A stretch of 64,000 nucleotides of DNA. Origin: Candidatus Atelocyanobacterium thalassae (GTDB lineage: Bacteria; Cyanobacteriota; Cyanobacteriia; Cyanobacteriales; Microcystaceae). Where the stretch lies: contig JBFPLN010000001.1 of assembly GCA_051971635.1 (NCBI GenBank), positions 64,001 through 128,000 of the forward strand, written 5' to 3'. Of this stretch, positions 19,504 to 30,998 are shown piece by piece. The notes beneath the pieces were generated by a model. The model worked only from the letters and a program-made list of their open reading frames with translations, did no database searches and was not told the DNA's origin. Positions within the stretch are counted from its first letter, which is position 1; each line of letters opens with the position of its first letter. A program made the position numbers and the translations under genes.

Positions 19504-21267
19504 TTATGTAGGATAAATTCTGAGTCTGCGATTAGGTTCTTCTCCGAAACTATTTGATCGTAAATGATAATGTTCAATTAATTCATGTTGCATTCCTCGG
19601 ACTTTAGGAGATCTAGGTAACAGTTCTACTGGCTGACATTTAGGTAGAACAATTTGCTCAATTGCTAATCTTGCTTCTTCTAAAGCTTCTAGTTCATCAT
19701 TATTGTCTCCCTTAGTAAAAAGACGCAGATCCGTTGTTTCAGAAACTTGTATTTCACTAATTCCCAATAATTTTTGTAATGTGCGAGTAATTTGAGGAAT
19801 AGTATTAGACTTTACTCCATGAATAGTAATTTGTCTGATTTTGGCGACTTGACGTAGTTTTGATTGATTTTTTAAGTATGAACGCAATGCAATGACTACA
19901 TCAGCATTGTCTAAGTCCTTAGTTACTACAATTGGTAAGTGAAGAATTCTAATAACTTGTTCTAACTGAGATCTGCCTATTCCATAAGGGTAAATATAGA
20001 TAGGAAAATCCTCTCCATTTGGCCCAGATATTCTTGTCTTATCTTCTTTGTCTTTATTGTCAAAATGATACCAAGAAGCATCTAATAATCTATCAAATTC
20101 TAACGTTTCACTCAGCTTATTTATATCTTTATCCCCAGCAGTAGGAGGAGGTATCATTTTACCAGAAGCTCTCCATCCTTGAGAATTTGGAATAGTTTTA
20201 GGTTGCTGATACTCAAATTTGTTTAATGGTTTAGTATTATTAGATTTTTCTTGAACAATATTTATCTCTCCATTCTTATTAACTGTTCGTATTTCAGTAT
20301 TAGGCTTCCCGTTAAGAAGTAAAATATCGATAGTGTAGGCTACATCTTGGTGAACATTCCATTCTTGACGTTCTAACATCTCGATTGCAGTTTCAAAGGT
20401 AGGAGGAGCTTTGCGCTCGAGAATAGTTTTTTGGCAACCTCTTCGCTTTGCCTCTTCATCCCCTAGCGTAACTGATTGAATTCCTCCTACTAAATCAGCA
20501 AGAGTTGGATTTTTCATCAAGTTTTCAATTTTATTACCATGAGCTGTGCCAACTAACTGTACTCCTCTTTCAGCAATGGTACGAGCAGCTAAGGCCTCTA
20601 ACTCTGTTCCAATTTCATCAATAACTATGACTTCTGGCATATGATTTTCAACTGCTTCAATCATTACTCTATGTTGTAATTCAGGTGTGGATACTTGCAT
20701 TCTTCTTGCTCTACCAATTGAAGAATGAGGAACATCACTATCTCCGGCGATTTCATTAGAAGTATCTATAATAACAACTCGTTTATGAAAATCATCCGCA
20801 AGAACTCTTGCAATCTCACGTAATGCAGTCGTTTTACCTACACCTGGTCGACCTAATAAAAGGAGTGATTTCCCTGTTTCTACTAAATCTCGAATTATAG
20901 ATATAGTTCCAAAAACAGCTCTCCCCACACGACAAGTTAATCCAACAATACTTCCTTTCCTGTTGCGTATAGCACTAATACGATGTAGAGTTTTTTCAAT
21001 TCCTGCGCGATTATCACTACTAAAAGTTCCTATCTTTTGGATGGTATATTCTAGATCAGCAGCAGAAATTAAGGCTGTCCCTAAATAAATAGCATATCCA
21101 GGAAAGCGAGCTTCCGGTAATCTTCCTAAGTCCATCACCACCTCTACTAGATAATTACATTCTGGATGATTTTTGACGTAATGATAAATATTTGGTGGTA
21201 AAACATCTAGAAGTTTATTTAATTCGTCGGTACTCTGAGATGAAGCTTTTTGAGGTATAAATGCCAC
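19504..21267 (-). CDS. ycf45: Ycf45-like AAA ATPase with C-terminal R3H domain
   Basis: DLGRLPEARF, GRPGVGKTT, DTSNEIAG, VIDEIG, R..QHELIEHY R3H and EEPNRRLRIYP. Confidence 0.88.
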   Translation of the reverse strand: MAFIPQKASSQSTDELNKLLDVLPPNIYHYVKNHPECNYLVEVVMDLGRLPEARFPGYAIYLGTALISAADLEYTIQKIGTFSSDNRAGIEKTLHRISAIRNRKGSIVGLTCRVGRAVFGTISIIRDLVETGKSLLLLGRPGVGKTTALREIARVLADDFHKRVVIIDTSNEIAGDSDVPHSSIGRARRMQVSTPELQHRVMIEAVENHMPEVIVIDEIGTELEALAARTIAERGVQLVGTAHGNKIENLMKNPTLADLVGGIQSVTLGDEEAKRRGCQKTILERKAPPTFETAIEMLERQEWNVHQDVAYTIDILLLNGKPNTEIRTVNKNGEINIVQEKSNNTKPLNKFEYQQPKTIPNSQGWRASGKMIPPPTAGDKDINKLSETLEFDRLLDASWYHFDNKDKEDKTRISGPNGEDFPIYIYPYGIGRSQLEQVIRILHLPIVVTKDLDNADVVIALRSYLKNQSKLRQVAKIRQITIHGVKSNTIPQITRTLQKLLGISEIQVSETTDLRLFTKGDNNDELEALEEARLAIEQIVLPKCQPVELLPRSPKVRGMQHELIEHYHLRSNSFGEEPNRRLRIYPT

Positions 21268-21942
21268 TGTTTTTAATTAAAATATATGTAAGATTACCTA
21301 GAAAGCGATTTGTCTCTAAGACAAGACATTTTATAAATTATACGAACAAAATTAGAAATTATATTCTTTAATTTTTAAGAAAATCTAAGAACACGACATA
21401 TATTCATAGTAATGTATTACATAAAATATAAAGAATAAACATTATTTTTAGTAATTGTATACATATAGTTCAAGTTTTACTTTATTCATATACCTTATAA
21501 GAAAGTTAACTAACAATTAATGAAGACTTTATTTTATGTTACTGTTACTTTTAAACTAACTCAATTATAGAATAATATAATTGATTTATAACAACGTACA
21601 AAGTTCTTTTATCTTATTTAATGACTTAAGGAATAGGACAAAAGAAAACAGGAATAAGAAGGATTATCCAAATCTTATTCAGCTAAAAAATCCTAGTGCT
21701 AGAGATTTTTTAGCTAAAAGTTACTCATTAAAATTATATAAGACTCTAAAAAACTATATAGTAAAAATACTTTTGTCTAGAAAAGATAAATTCAAGGTCA
21801 TAATTCACAATATTTTAGATACATTAAGATTGTTGAATTAGTAAGTTTAAAGATTTAAACTGACTAATATACAGAAAAATTATTTCATATTTTTAAAGTT
21901 TTATTTAATTAAAAAATGCACCAATCGAAATAGTAGCTTTTC

Positions 21943-21971
21943 TTGACATCTTAATTAATTAAAGTTATAGT
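21943..21971 (+). promoter_or_regulatory. Sigma70-type promoter of the rplC operon
   Basis: TTGACA (21943-21948), 17-nt spacer, TATAGT (21966-21971). Confidence 0.75.
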
Positions 21972-22254
21972 AGGAAGTCGCGGCTAAAAATTATAAAATA
22001 GTTTTTATTTTAGGGCAGATAAAAAAATCGCTTTGAGATACTGGAGACATAAAACTTTAAGTCTTAGAGAGCAACGGTGATAAAGCCCAGTCCGTTTTGC
22101 GATGAGCAATGAATAATCATCGTTTCTTAATTGATACCACCAAAATTTGTATTAAGTGTGTATCCTTAAAGCAAACAGGATCCTCCTGTATATGTTTGGA
22201 ACGATTAATTCTGTTCCAAGCAATATTGTTGTCTAGTTCATAGAGGAAAAAACC

Positions 22255-22893
22255 GTGGCTATTGGTCTTCTCGGTACCAAACTCGGTATGACCCAAATAT
22301 TCGATGATGAAACAGGACTTGCCATCCCTGTAACTATCATGAAAGTAGGTCCTTGTACCATTACCCAAATCAAAACATCCGACACTGATGGCTATAGTGC
22401 TATTCAAATCGGTTATTCAGAAGTTAAAGAAAAGGCTTTAGTTAAACCAGAGCTAGGTCACCTAAAAAAGGCTGGTGCTTTACCTCTACGTCACCTTAAG
22501 GAATATCGTGTTGACGATACACAATCTTATCAGCTAGGAGAAACAGTTAATGTTAATCTTTTTAATGCGGGTGACTTAGTAGATATTACAGGAACATCCA
22601 TGGGGAGAGGTTTTGCTGGATATCAAAAGCGTCACAATTTTAAACGTGGCAATATGACTCATGGTTCGAAAAGTCATCGATTACCTGGTTCTACCGGGGC
22701 AGGAACGACTCCTGGAAGAGTTTATCCTGGTAAAAAGATGGCCGGTCAGTATGGTGCTAGTCAAGTTACTACTCGTCATCTAAAAGTTGTTCAAGTAGAT
22801 GCTGAATGTAATCTTTTACTGATTAAAGGAGCTGTTCCTGGCAAGCCAGGAGGACTTCTAAGTATTATTCCAACTACAATTGTTGGTAAGTGA
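22255..22893 (+). CDS. rplC: 50S ribosomal protein L3
   Basis: [29 protein letters not shown] start. Confidence 0.98.
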   Translation: MAIGLLGTKLGMTQIFDDETGLAIPVTIMKVGPCTITQIKTSDTDGYSAIQIGYSEVKEKALVKPELGHLKKAGALPLRHLKEYRVDDTQSYQLGETVNVNLFNAGDLVDITGTSMGRGFAGYQKRHNFKRGNMTHGSKSHRLPGSTGAGTTPGRVYPGKKMAGQYGASQVTTRHLKVVQVDAECNLLLIKGAVPGKPGGLLSIIPTTIVGK

Positions 22894-22932
22894 TCAAGAA
22901 CATTTCATTAAACGAAAAGCAAATCAAAAACA

Positions 22933-23565
22933 ATGGTTGATTGTAACGTTAAAAACTGGCAAGGCGAATCAGTGGGACAGGTTACTTTAGATTTAAAAGT
23001 AGCAAAAGAAGAAAATTCAGCCCACCTATTACACCGCGCAGTAGTCCGACATCTTGCTAATGCTCGTCAAGGTAATGCTTGTAGTAAAACAAGAGCAGAA
23101 GTAAGAGGTGGTGGTCGTAAGCCCTGGCGACAAAAAGGCACAGGGAGAGCTAGAGCAGGTTCCATTCGTTCTCCCTTGTGGCGAGGAGGTGGAGTTATTT
23201 TTGGCCCTAAGCCAAGAGACTTTAGCTTGAAAATGAATCGTAAAGAAAGACGATTAGCTTTAAGAACTGCTATCGGTAGTAGGATTGAAGATCTAATAGT
23301 AGTCAAAGATTTTATTGAGCAGCTTCCCGATCCAAAAACTAAAGAGTTTACTGCAGCATTAACTCGTTGGGGAGTAGAGCCTAGGAAAAAAGTAGCTTTA
23401 ATCCTTCTGGAAACGGATAATAATATCTACCTATCAGCACGTAATCTTTCATATGTAAAAATTTTACGAGCAGATAGTTTAAATATTTACGATTTACTTA
23501 ACGCAGACAAAATTATCATAACCTCTGAAGCTTTAGTGAAAATTCAGGAGGTTTACAATGACTAA
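22933..23565 (+). CDS. rplD: 50S ribosomal protein L4
   Basis: [26 protein letters not shown]. Confidence 0.98.
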   Translation: MVDCNVKNWQGESVGQVTLDLKVAKEENSAHLLHRAVVRHLANARQGNACSKTRAEVRGGGRKPWRQKGTGRARAGSIRSPLWRGGGVIFGPKPRDFSLKMNRKERRLALRTAIGSRIEDLIVVKDFIEQLPDPKTKEFTAALTRWGVEPRKKVALILLETDNNIYLSARNLSYVKILRADSLNIYDLLNADKIIITSEALVKIQEVYND

Positions 23566-23866
23566 AAATAAATACAATCCTCGTCATTTAGCGGATTTAA
23601 TACTTAAGCCTATTATTACGGAAAAAGCTACCACGCTTTTAGAGCAAAATAAATATGTTTTTAATGTATTGCCTAAAGCTACCAAGCCCGAAATCAAGGC
23701 TGCAATCGAAAGTCTATTTGATGTTAAGGTAGTTGGGGTTAATACTATCCTTCCTCCACGGAAAAAACGACGTGTTGGTAAATTTATTGGTCATAAATCT
23801 TTGTATAAACGAGCGATTGTGACCTTAGAAGAAGGAAATACAATTAATTTGTTTCCTGATACATAA
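23558..23866 (+). CDS. rplW: 50S ribosomal protein L23
   Basis: [26 protein letters not shown]; operon position. Confidence 0.97.
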   Translation: MTKNKYNPRHLADLILKPIITEKATTLLEQNKYVFNVLPKATKPEIKAAIESLFDVKVVGVNTILPPRKKRRVGKFIGHKSLYKRAIVTLEEGNTINLFPDT

Positions 23867-23918
23867 CCTGGCATGACCAGGGAACCTTCATTAAAAGAAA
23901 AAACCTGAGAGATAATCA

Positions 23919-24746
23919 ATGGGTATTCGTTCCTATCGTCCGTACACTCCCGGAACCAGACAGGCATCTGTTTCAGATTTCGCTGAAATCACAAAACGTA
24001 AGCCTGAAAAATCATTAACTAAGTATAAGCACAACAAAAAAGGACGTAATAACCGTGGTGTTATTACTAGTCGCCACCGTGGTGGTGGACATAAGCGCCT
24101 TTATAGGATTATAGATTTTAGGCGGGATAAGTATGACATTCCCGCAAAAGTTGTTGCTATTGAATATGATCCTAATCGTAACGCTCGTATTGCTCTTCTA
24201 TTTTATCAAGATGGAGAAAAGCGTTACATTCTAGCCCCTGTAGGGGTTACAGTAGGCGCAACTGTAATATCTGGAGAAAACTCTCCTTACGAAATTGGTA
24301 ACGCTTTGCCACTATATAGAATTCCTTTAGGCTCAGAAATACATAATGTAGAACTGACACCTGGGAAAGGTGGACAAATGGTTCGCTCAGCAGGAGCTGT
24401 AGCCCAGCTTGTAGCTAAAGATGGAAATTATGTAACTTTAAAGTTACCTTCCAAAGAAGTGCGTATGGTACGTAAAGAATGCTATGCCACCATGGGGCGT
24501 GTAGGGAATATTGAAGCTAGAAATATTACCTTGGGCAAAGCTGGAAGAACAAGACATTTGGGGCGAAGACCTCATGTTCGGGGAAGTGTTATGAACCCGG
24601 TAGATCATCCACACGGCGGCGGAGAGGGACGTGCTCCCATTGGGAGAAGCGGGCCAATGACTCCTTGGGGTAAACCTGCTCTAGGAGCGAAAACTCGCAA
24701 TAAGAACAAAGCTAGCTCACGTCTTATAATACGTCGTCGCCGTTAA
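23919..24746 (+). CDS. rplB: 50S ribosomal protein L2
   Basis: [27 protein letters not shown]. Confidence 0.99.
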   Translation: MGIRSYRPYTPGTRQASVSDFAEITKRKPEKSLTKYKHNKKGRNNRGVITSRHRGGGHKRLYRIIDFRRDKYDIPAKVVAIEYDPNRNARIALLFYQDGEKRYILAPVGVTVGATVISGENSPYEIGNALPLYRIPLGSEIHNVELTPGKGGQMVRSAGAVAQLVAKDGNYVTLKLPSKEVRMVRKECYATMGRVGNIEARNITLGKAGRTRHLGRRPHVRGSVMNPVDHPHGGGEGRAPIGRSGPMTPWGKPALGAKTRNKNKASSRLIIRRRR

Positions 24747-24773
24747 AATATCCACCTTGTTAAATTCTTACTT

Positions 24774-25055
24774 ATGAGTCGTTCTCTAAAAAAAGGTCCA
24801 TTTATTTCAGATAGTCTCTTGACTAAAATCGAAAAACTCAATGAGAAAGGAGATAAGCAGGTTATTAAGACCTGGTCAAGAGCTTCAACAATAGTTCCCG
24901 TTATGATTGGCCATACAATTGCTGTACATAATGGAAAGCAACATATTCCTGTTTTTATCTCAGAACAAATGGTTGGCCATAAATTAGGAGAATTTTCTCC
25001 TACTCGTACTTTTAGAGGACATGCTAAAAGTGATAAAAAATCGGGTCGCCGATAA
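24774..25055 (+). CDS. rpsS: 30S ribosomal protein S19
   Basis: [19 protein letters not shown]. Confidence 0.99.
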   Translation: MSRSLKKGPFISDSLLTKIEKLNEKGDKQVIKTWSRASTIVPVMIGHTIAVHNGKQHIPVFISEQMVGHKLGEFSPTRTFRGHAKSDKKSGRR

Positions 25056-25089
25056 AACACAGTAAAAGTTATTCATAGAACTAATAATC

Positions 25090-25452
25090 ATGGCACTTGA
25101 CATGACAACAGAGGCTAAAGCCATATCTAAATACATACGAATGTCTCCGTTTAAGGTGAGACGCGTATTGGACCAGGTTCGTGGGCGTTCTTATCGAGAA
25201 GCTCTCATTATTCTTGAATTTATGCCTTATAGAGCCTGCGAACCAATTATTAAACTTTTACGTTCTGCTGTTGCTAACGCTGAACATAATAAAGGTCTTG
25301 ATCCAGCAACTTTATTTGTTAGTAAAGCTTATGCTGATGGGGGACCAAGTTTAAAAAGGTTCCGTCCCAGAGCTCAGGGACGTGCTTATCAAATTCGTAA
25401 ACCTACATGTCATATAACCATTGCAGTTGCATCTGATGTGGAATCAAAATGA
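25090..25452 (+). CDS. rplV: 50S ribosomal protein L22
   Basis: [27 protein letters not shown]. Confidence 0.98.
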   Translation: MALDMTTEAKAISKYIRMSPFKVRRVLDQVRGRSYREALIILEFMPYRACEPIIKLLRSAVANAEHNKGLDPATLFVSKAYADGGPSLKRFRPRAQGRAYQIRKPTCHITIAVASDVESK

Positions 25453-25484
25453 TATGTATTTCTAAAAACTAGCCAAGAAAACAT

Positions 25485-26207
25485 ATGGGACAAAAAATAC
25501 ATCCAATTGGTTTTCGTTTAGGTATTACCAAGGAACATAAATCTCGTTGGTATGCTGATAAAAGACGTTATCCAGAATTATTGAAAGAAGACCTGGCTGT
25601 TAGACAACATGTTGAAAAAAACCTTAGCAATGCTGGTATAGCTGACATTCGAATAGAACGTAAAGCTGATCAAATTGACTTAGCAATTCATACTGCCCGT
25701 CCTGGAGTCGTAGTAGGAAGGGGTGGTAGCGGAATTGAGCAATTAAGAACTGCTCTCCAAAAGACTTTAGGAGAAAATCGTCAAATTCGGATTAATGTTA
25801 TTGAAGTATCTAAAGTTGATGCAGATGCTGCGTTAATTGCCGAATATATTACCCAGCAGCTGGAACGTAGGGTTTCTTTTCGTCGAGTAGTTAGACAAGC
25901 TATTCAAAGGGCTCAAAGAGCCGAAGTTAAAGGTATAAAAATTCAAGTTGGGGGACGCCTTAACGGAGCTGAAATTGCTAGAACTGAGTGGGTGAGAGAA
26001 GGACGTGTTCCTCTTCATACTCTCAGAGCAGATATCGATTATTCATATCGAACTGCACAAACAATTTACGGTATCTTGGGAGTCAAAGTGTGGGTTTTCA
26101 AAGGAGAGATAATTCCGGGACAGGAAGAGCAAGATGTAACTTCTACTGCTCCAACTCCTAAGCGTAATCGTCGAAAGCAATTTGAAGACCGTTCCAATGA
26201 AGAATAG
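25485..26207 (+). CDS. rpsC: 30S ribosomal protein S3
   Basis: [27 protein letters not shown]. Confidence 0.99.
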   Translation: MGQKIHPIGFRLGITKEHKSRWYADKRRYPELLKEDLAVRQHVEKNLSNAGIADIRIERKADQIDLAIHTARPGVVVGRGGSGIEQLRTALQKTLGENRQIRINVIEVSKVDADAALIAEYITQQLERRVSFRRVVRQAIQRAQRAEVKGIKIQVGGRLNGAEIARTEWVREGRVPLHTLRADIDYSYRTAQTIYGILGVKVWVFKGEIIPGQEEQDVTSTAPTPKRNRRKQFEDRSNEE

Positions 26208-26244
26208 TTAAGACTATTAGTTTAAAAGTTATTATTGACTGTAA

Positions 26245-26664
26245 ATGTTAAGTCCTAAAAGAACGAAATTTCGAAAGCAGCAACGAGGCAGAATGAGAGG
26301 TCTGGCCTATAGAGGTAGTACTCTCAATTTTGGAGAATATGCTCTTCAAGCTATTGAGCCTTGTTGGATTACTGCACGTCAAATAGAAGCTGCTCGTCGT
26401 GCTATGACTCGTTACATACGTAGAGGCGGAAAAATTTGGATTCGAATTTTTCCAGATAAGCCCGTTACCATGCGTGCGGCAGAAACCCGTATGGGTTCAG
26501 GAAAAGGATCTCCAGAATATTGGGTTGCTGTAGTCAAGCCAGGACGTATTATGTTTGAACTTTCTGGAGTGACTGAATCTATCGCTCGTGAAGCTATGCG
26601 CCTTGCTGCACAGAAGCTTCCTATCAAAACAAAGTTCATAACTAGTCAAGAGGAATATAATTAA
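26245..26664 (+). CDS. rplP: 50S ribosomal protein L16
   Basis: [18 protein letters not shown]. Confidence 0.99.
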   Translation: MLSPKRTKFRKQQRGRMRGLAYRGSTLNFGEYALQAIEPCWITARQIEAARRAMTRYIRRGGKIWIRIFPDKPVTMRAAETRMGSGKGSPEYWVAVVKPGRIMFELSGVTESIAREAMRLAAQKLPIKTKFITSQEEYN

Positions 26665-26665
26665 T

Positions 26666-26902
26666 ATGTCCTTACCTAAGATAGCGGAAGCTCGAAATCT
26701 TAATGATCAAGATTTGGCAGAAGAAATTCTAGCTGCTAAAAAAAAGCTTTTTGATTTAAGATTTCAGCAAGCTACCCGTCAACTTGAAAAAACTCACGAG
26801 TTTAAGCATACTCGTCATCGAATTGCTCAACTATTCACAGTTGAGAGAGAACGCCAACTTGGTAAAAACAATTCTGAATCAACTCCATTTAAAGAGGAAT
26901 AA
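26666..26902 (+). CDS. rpmC: 50S ribosomal protein L29
   Basis: [19 protein letters not shown]; operon position. Confidence 0.96.
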   Translation: MSLPKIAEARNLNDQDLAEEILAAKKKLFDLRFQQATRQLEKTHEFKHTRHRIAQLFTVERERQLGKNNSESTPFKEE

Positions 26903-26909
26903 CTTAGTT

Positions 26910-27152
26910 ATGGCAGTAAAAGAAAAAGTTGGAGTAGTAGTTAGTACTCAAATGGATAAAACCATTGTGGTAGCAGTAGAAAACCGTTCTCCTCATCCGA
27001 AGTACGGGAAGATTATTGTAAAGACCAAAAAATTTAAAGCTCATGACCAAGACAATAAATGTCAGAAAGGGGATAGAGTCCGTATTCAAGAGACTAGGCC
27101 CCTAAGTAAGACAAAACGATGGGTCATGACTGAAATTTTAACCTCTCATTAA
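26910..27152 (+). CDS. rpsQ: 30S ribosomal protein S17 (ATG 26910, not the ORF-track start)
   Basis: [29 protein letters not shown]. Confidence 0.97.
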   Translation: MAVKEKVGVVVSTQMDKTIVVAVENRSPHPKYGKIIVKTKKFKAHDQDNKCQKGDRVRIQETRPLSKTKRWVMTEILTSH

Positions 27153-27170
27153 ATCACTTAGGTTAATATC

Positions 27171-27539
27171 GTGATTCAACAGCAAACTTATCTTAATGTC
27201 GCCGACAACAGCGGAGCTCGTAAATTAATGTGCTTGCGTGTTTTGGGAACCGGAAATTGCCGATATGGGGCAATTGGTGATCAAATCGTTGCCGTCGTCA
27301 AAGACGCTATACCAAACATGCCCGTTAAACGTTCTGATATTGTTAAAGCAGTTATCGTACGAACTCGTCAAGCCATTAACCGCGAGAATGGAATGAGTAT
27401 CCGTTTCGATGATAACGCTGCCGTAATAATAAATGCAGATGGTAATCCTAAAGGAACTCGTGTTTTTGGCCCTGTGGCAAGAGAACTACGAGATAAAAGT
27501 TATACGAAGATTGTTTCTTTGGCACCGGAGGTACTCTGA
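27171..27539 (+). CDS. rplN: 50S ribosomal protein L14
   Basis: [25 protein letters not shown]. Confidence 0.99.
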   Translation: MIQQQTYLNVADNSGARKLMCLRVLGTGNCRYGAIGDQIVAVVKDAIPNMPVKRSDIVKAVIVRTRQAINRENGMSIRFDDNAAVIINADGNPKGTRVFGPVARELRDKSYTKIVSLAPEVL

Positions 27540-27883
27540 TGAATAAAAAAAATCAACCGAAACGTTATAAAATGCACGTTAAAGTTGGAGATAGCATACA
27601 AGTAATTTCCGGAAAGGATAAAGGTAAAATAGGAGAAATTATAAAAATTTTTCCTAAGAGTAGCCAAGTTATCATCAAAGGTACTAACGTTAAAACTAAA
27701 CACGTTAAGCCCCAACAAGAGGGAGAGTCTGGCCAAATTACTACATTTGAAGCTCCTATCCACAGCTCTAGCGTAATGCTGTATTCTACCAAAAAGCAAG
27801 TAGCAAGTCGTATTAATTACACTTTCAATGAGGCAGGTAAGAAGGTACGTATTCTAAAAAAAACAGGAGAAATTATCGACTAA
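27539..27883 (+). CDS. rplX: 50S ribosomal protein L24
   Basis: KOW motif [21 protein letters not shown]. Confidence 0.98.
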   Translation: MNKKNQPKRYKMHVKVGDSIQVISGKDKGKIGEIIKIFPKSSQVIIKGTNVKTKHVKPQQEGESGQITTFEAPIHSSSVMLYSTKKQVASRINYTFNEAGKKVRILKKTGEIID

Positions 27884-27953
27884 ATCGATACTTTCTAGAC
27901 AATAATTAACACTTATTTCACTCTGACAAAGCCCAGAGATAGAGAAAGATATT

Positions 27954-28499
27954 ATGGTTCAATCTAGACTAAAAACTATTTATCAGGAAACTATTGTAGG
28001 TAAACTAAGACAACAGTTTAACTATACTAATATCCATCAAGTTCCCAAGCTCTCTAAAGTTACTATTAATAGAGGTTTAGGAGAAGCATCACAAAATGCT
28101 AAAGCTCTGGAATCTTCTATTCGTGAATTCGAAACTATAACTGGTCAACGACCAATTATAACCCGTGCGAAAACAGCAATTGCAGGGTTTAAGATTCGCG
28201 AAGGAATGCCAGTAGGGGTTATGGTAACATTGCGTTCTGATAAAATGTATGCTTTTCTTGATCGACTAATTAATATAGCTTTACCTAGGATTAGAGACTT
28301 TAGAGGCATTAGTCCAAAAAGTTTCGATGGAAGAGGTAACTATAGCCTTGGTATTCGAGAACAACTCATTTTCCCAGAAATTGATTATGACACCATTGAT
28401 CAAATTCGAGGTATGGATGTTTCTATTATTACCACTGCCCAGACTGATGAAGAAGGGCGTGCGTTATTAAAAGAAATGGGAATGCCCTTCCGTACCTAG
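27954..28499 (+). CDS. rplE: 50S ribosomal protein L5
   Basis: [24 protein letters not shown]. Confidence 0.99.
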   Translation: MVQSRLKTIYQETIVGKLRQQFNYTNIHQVPKLSKVTINRGLGEASQNAKALESSIREFETITGQRPIITRAKTAIAGFKIREGMPVGVMVTLRSDKMYAFLDRLINIALPRIRDFRGISPKSFDGRGNYSLGIREQLIFPEIDYDTIDQIRGMDVSIITTAQTDEEGRALLKEMGMPFRT

Positions 28500-28536
28500 T
28501 AATCCTTTAGTTTACAGGAGAAACTCATCAGCAATA

Positions 28537-28938
28537 ATGGCACCTAACGATACTATCTCAGATATGTTAACCCGTATTCGCAACGCTTGTGCGGTACGAC
28601 ATGCAACAACAAAAGTTCCCACAACAAGAATGACTCGAAGTATTGCTCTAGTTCTTAAAGAAGAGGGCTTTATACAAAACTTTGAAGAAGTGGGAGAAGG
28701 TGTAAAGAAACACCTTGTTATTTCTCTTAAATATAAGGCAAGAGGTCGTCAACCTATTATTAATACATTACGTCGGGTTAGTAAACCTGGACTAAGAGTA
28801 TACTCTAATCGGAAAGATTTACCTCGTGTACTTGGGGGTATTGGCGTTGCCATTATTTCCACTTCCAAAGGAATTATGACAGATAGAGAAGCACGCCGCC
28901 AAAACGTCGGTGGTGAAATTTTATGCTACATCTGGTAG
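28537..28938 (+). CDS. rpsH: 30S ribosomal protein S8
   Basis: [29 protein letters not shown]. Confidence 0.99.
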   Translation: MAPNDTISDMLTRIRNACAVRHATTKVPTTRMTRSIALVLKEEGFIQNFEEVGEGVKKHLVISLKYKARGRQPIINTLRRVSKPGLRVYSNRKDLPRVLGGIGVAIISTSKGIMTDREARRQNVGGEILCYIW

Positions 28939-29010
28939 TAATAAAATTAGTGACTATCTTTAATCTTGAATAGTATTTAACCTATAAATAATTACTGAAA
29001 ACGTAAAACA

Positions 29011-29550
29011 ATGTCTCGTATTGGTAAACGCCCAATTACATTACCTAACAAAGTTACTATTGACATTAAAGGTCAATACGTTACTGTAAAAGGTCCTAAA
29101 GGATCTTTAGAACGTGAACTCCCCTCTAGAGTACAACTCAGTAAAGATGGGGAAACTCTCCTACTTCAAAGACAAGATGATTCTCGTATCTCCCGCGAAC
29201 GTCATGGGTTATGCCGTACTTTAGTAGCCAATATGGTTCATGGAGTATCAACAGGATTTGAAAAACGTCTTAGTATTCAAGGAGTAGGATATCGTGCCCA
29301 AGCAAAAGGTACTAAATTGACTCTTAATGTTGGTTATAGTAAGCCAGTCGAAATAACTATGCCTGATGGTATTAGTGTTGCTGTTGAAAATAATACACTT
29401 GTTATAATCAGCGGCATTGATAAGGAAGTGGTCGGAAATATAGCTGCTAAGATCAGAGCAGTTAGGCCCCCAGAGCCTTATAAGGGTAAAGGTATTCGTT
29501 ATCTTAATGAGTTTGTCGTTCGTAAGGCAGGTAAGTCAGGTAAGAAGTAA
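29011..29550 (+). CDS. rplF: 50S ribosomal protein L6
   Basis: [21 protein letters not shown]. Confidence 0.99.
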   Translation: MSRIGKRPITLPNKVTIDIKGQYVTVKGPKGSLERELPSRVQLSKDGETLLLQRQDDSRISRERHGLCRTLVANMVHGVSTGFEKRLSIQGVGYRAQAKGTKLTLNVGYSKPVEITMPDGISVAVENNTLVIISGIDKEVVGNIAAKIRAVRPPEPYKGKGIRYLNEFVVRKAGKSGKK

Positions 29551-29552
29551 TT

Positions 29553-29912
29553 ATGAAGCTCACACGAAGAGAATCTTTAAAACGTCGTCATCGACGCATT
29601 CGGAAAAAAGTTAGTGGAACATCAAGCTGTCCTCGCTTAGCTGTCTTCCGTTCTAATCAACATATTTATGCCCAAATAATCGATGATGTAGAACAGCATA
29701 CACTAGTAGCTGCTTCCACTCTAGAGCCAGGGCTTAAAGATTTAGTATCAAGCTCCAGTTGCGAGGCATCGTCGGCAGTAGGCAAACTAGTTGCTGAACG
29801 ATTAATTGCAAAAGGAATTGAAAAAGTCGTCTTTGACAGAGGTGGTAATCTTTACCACGGAAGAGTCAAGGCTTTGGCTGAAGCTGCCCGTGAAGCAGGA
29901 TTGAAATTCTAA
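29553..29912 (+). CDS. rplR: 50S ribosomal protein L18
   Basis: [27 protein letters not shown]. Confidence 0.98.
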   Translation: MKLTRRESLKRRHRRIRKKVSGTSSCPRLAVFRSNQHIYAQIIDDVEQHTLVAASTLEPGLKDLVSSSSCEASSAVGKLVAERLIAKGIEKVVFDRGGNLYHGRVKALAEAAREAGLKF

Positions 29913-29951
29913 TTAAAAGCATTAATATCTTTACACTAAGCAGTAAGAACT

Positions 29952-30473
29952 ATGGCAAAAAATCGTAAAAACAACAGAGATAAAGCTAAAGAGACTAACT
30001 GGCAAGAACGAGTTATTCAGATTCGTAGAGTCAGTAAAGTTGTTAAAGGAGGAAAAAAGCTTAGCTTTCGTGCAGTTGTTGTCATTGGTAATGAAAAAGG
30101 ACAAGTAGGTGTTGGAGTTGGTAAAGCTGGAGACGTTATCGGAGCAGTTCGAAAAGGAGTTGCAGACGGTAAAAAACAACTTGTCGATGTCTCGATCACA
30201 AAGTCTAGCTCTATTACTCACATAACACAAGGTGTTGCTGGGGGAGCAAAAGTTATTGTACGTCCAGCAGCTCCTGGTACTGGAGTAATTGCTGGTGGTG
30301 CTGTAAGAACAGTTTTAGAATTAGTCGGACTTAAAAACATTCTGGCTAAACAGTTGGGTTCTAACAATCCTCTTAACAATGCAAGAGCTGCTGTAGATGC
30401 ACTTGAGGGATTAAGAACATTATCAGAAGTTGCACAAGAAAGGGACGTTCCTTTAGAGCATCTTTATGCCTAA
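29952..30473 (+). CDS. rpsE: 30S ribosomal protein S5
   Basis: [22 protein letters not shown]. Confidence 0.99.
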   Translation: MAKNRKNNRDKAKETNWQERVIQIRRVSKVVKGGKKLSFRAVVVIGNEKGQVGVGVGKAGDVIGAVRKGVADGKKQLVDVSITKSSSITHITQGVAGGAKVIVRPAAPGTGVIAGGAVRTVLELVGLKNILAKQLGSNNPLNNARAAVDALEGLRTLSEVAQERDVPLEHLYA

Positions 30474-30508
30474 CTCTAGTTTTGTAATTATTAATCTTAA
30501 TAAATCTC

Positions 30509-30973
30509 ATGAGAATTCATAATCTTAGTCCTAAAGAAGGATCAACAAAACGTCGTCGCCGTGTAGGTAGAGGTATTTCTGCTGGCCAAGGTGCAAGTGG
30601 CGGTTTTGGAATGCGAGGTCAAAAATCTCGTTCAGGAACAGGTACCAAAGCAGGGTTCGAAGGGGGACAAATGCCTCTCTATCGTAGGGTCCCAAAATTA
30701 AAGCACTTTCCTTTAGTTAATCCCAGCAAATTTACTATTATTAACATTAACAAACTAAATACTCTAGTAGCTAATAGCGAAGTAGATTTAGATAGTTTAA
30801 TGGAAAAGGGGATAGTAACTAGTAATGATGGTCCGCTAAAAATATTAGGTCATGGAGAGTTAAATGTTGCCCTAATAGTTAAAGCAGCTGCGTTTACCAA
30901 ATCTGCTCAAAGAAAAATTGAAAGTGCTGGCGGAACCTGCGAAAGTACATCAAACATAACAACTGATACATAA
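30509..30973 (+). CDS. rplO: 50S ribosomal protein L15
   Basis: [23 protein letters not shown]. Confidence 0.98.
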   Translation: MRIHNLSPKEGSTKRRRRVGRGISAGQGASGGFGMRGQKSRSGTGTKAGFEGGQMPLYRRVPKLKHFPLVNPSKFTIININKLNTLVANSEVDLDSLMEKGIVTSNDGPLKILGHGELNVALIVKAAAFTKSAQRKIESAGGTCESTSNITTDT

Positions 30974-30998
30974 TCGTTGATAAGCTAGGTTATTACAC

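Noticed and set aside
21581..21841. 86-aa ORF between ycf45 and rplC; also considered an ldpA or ndhN remnant
   Set aside because: TTG start, K/N/I/L-rich AT-noise composition, and I found no LdpA or NdhN motifs on either strand.
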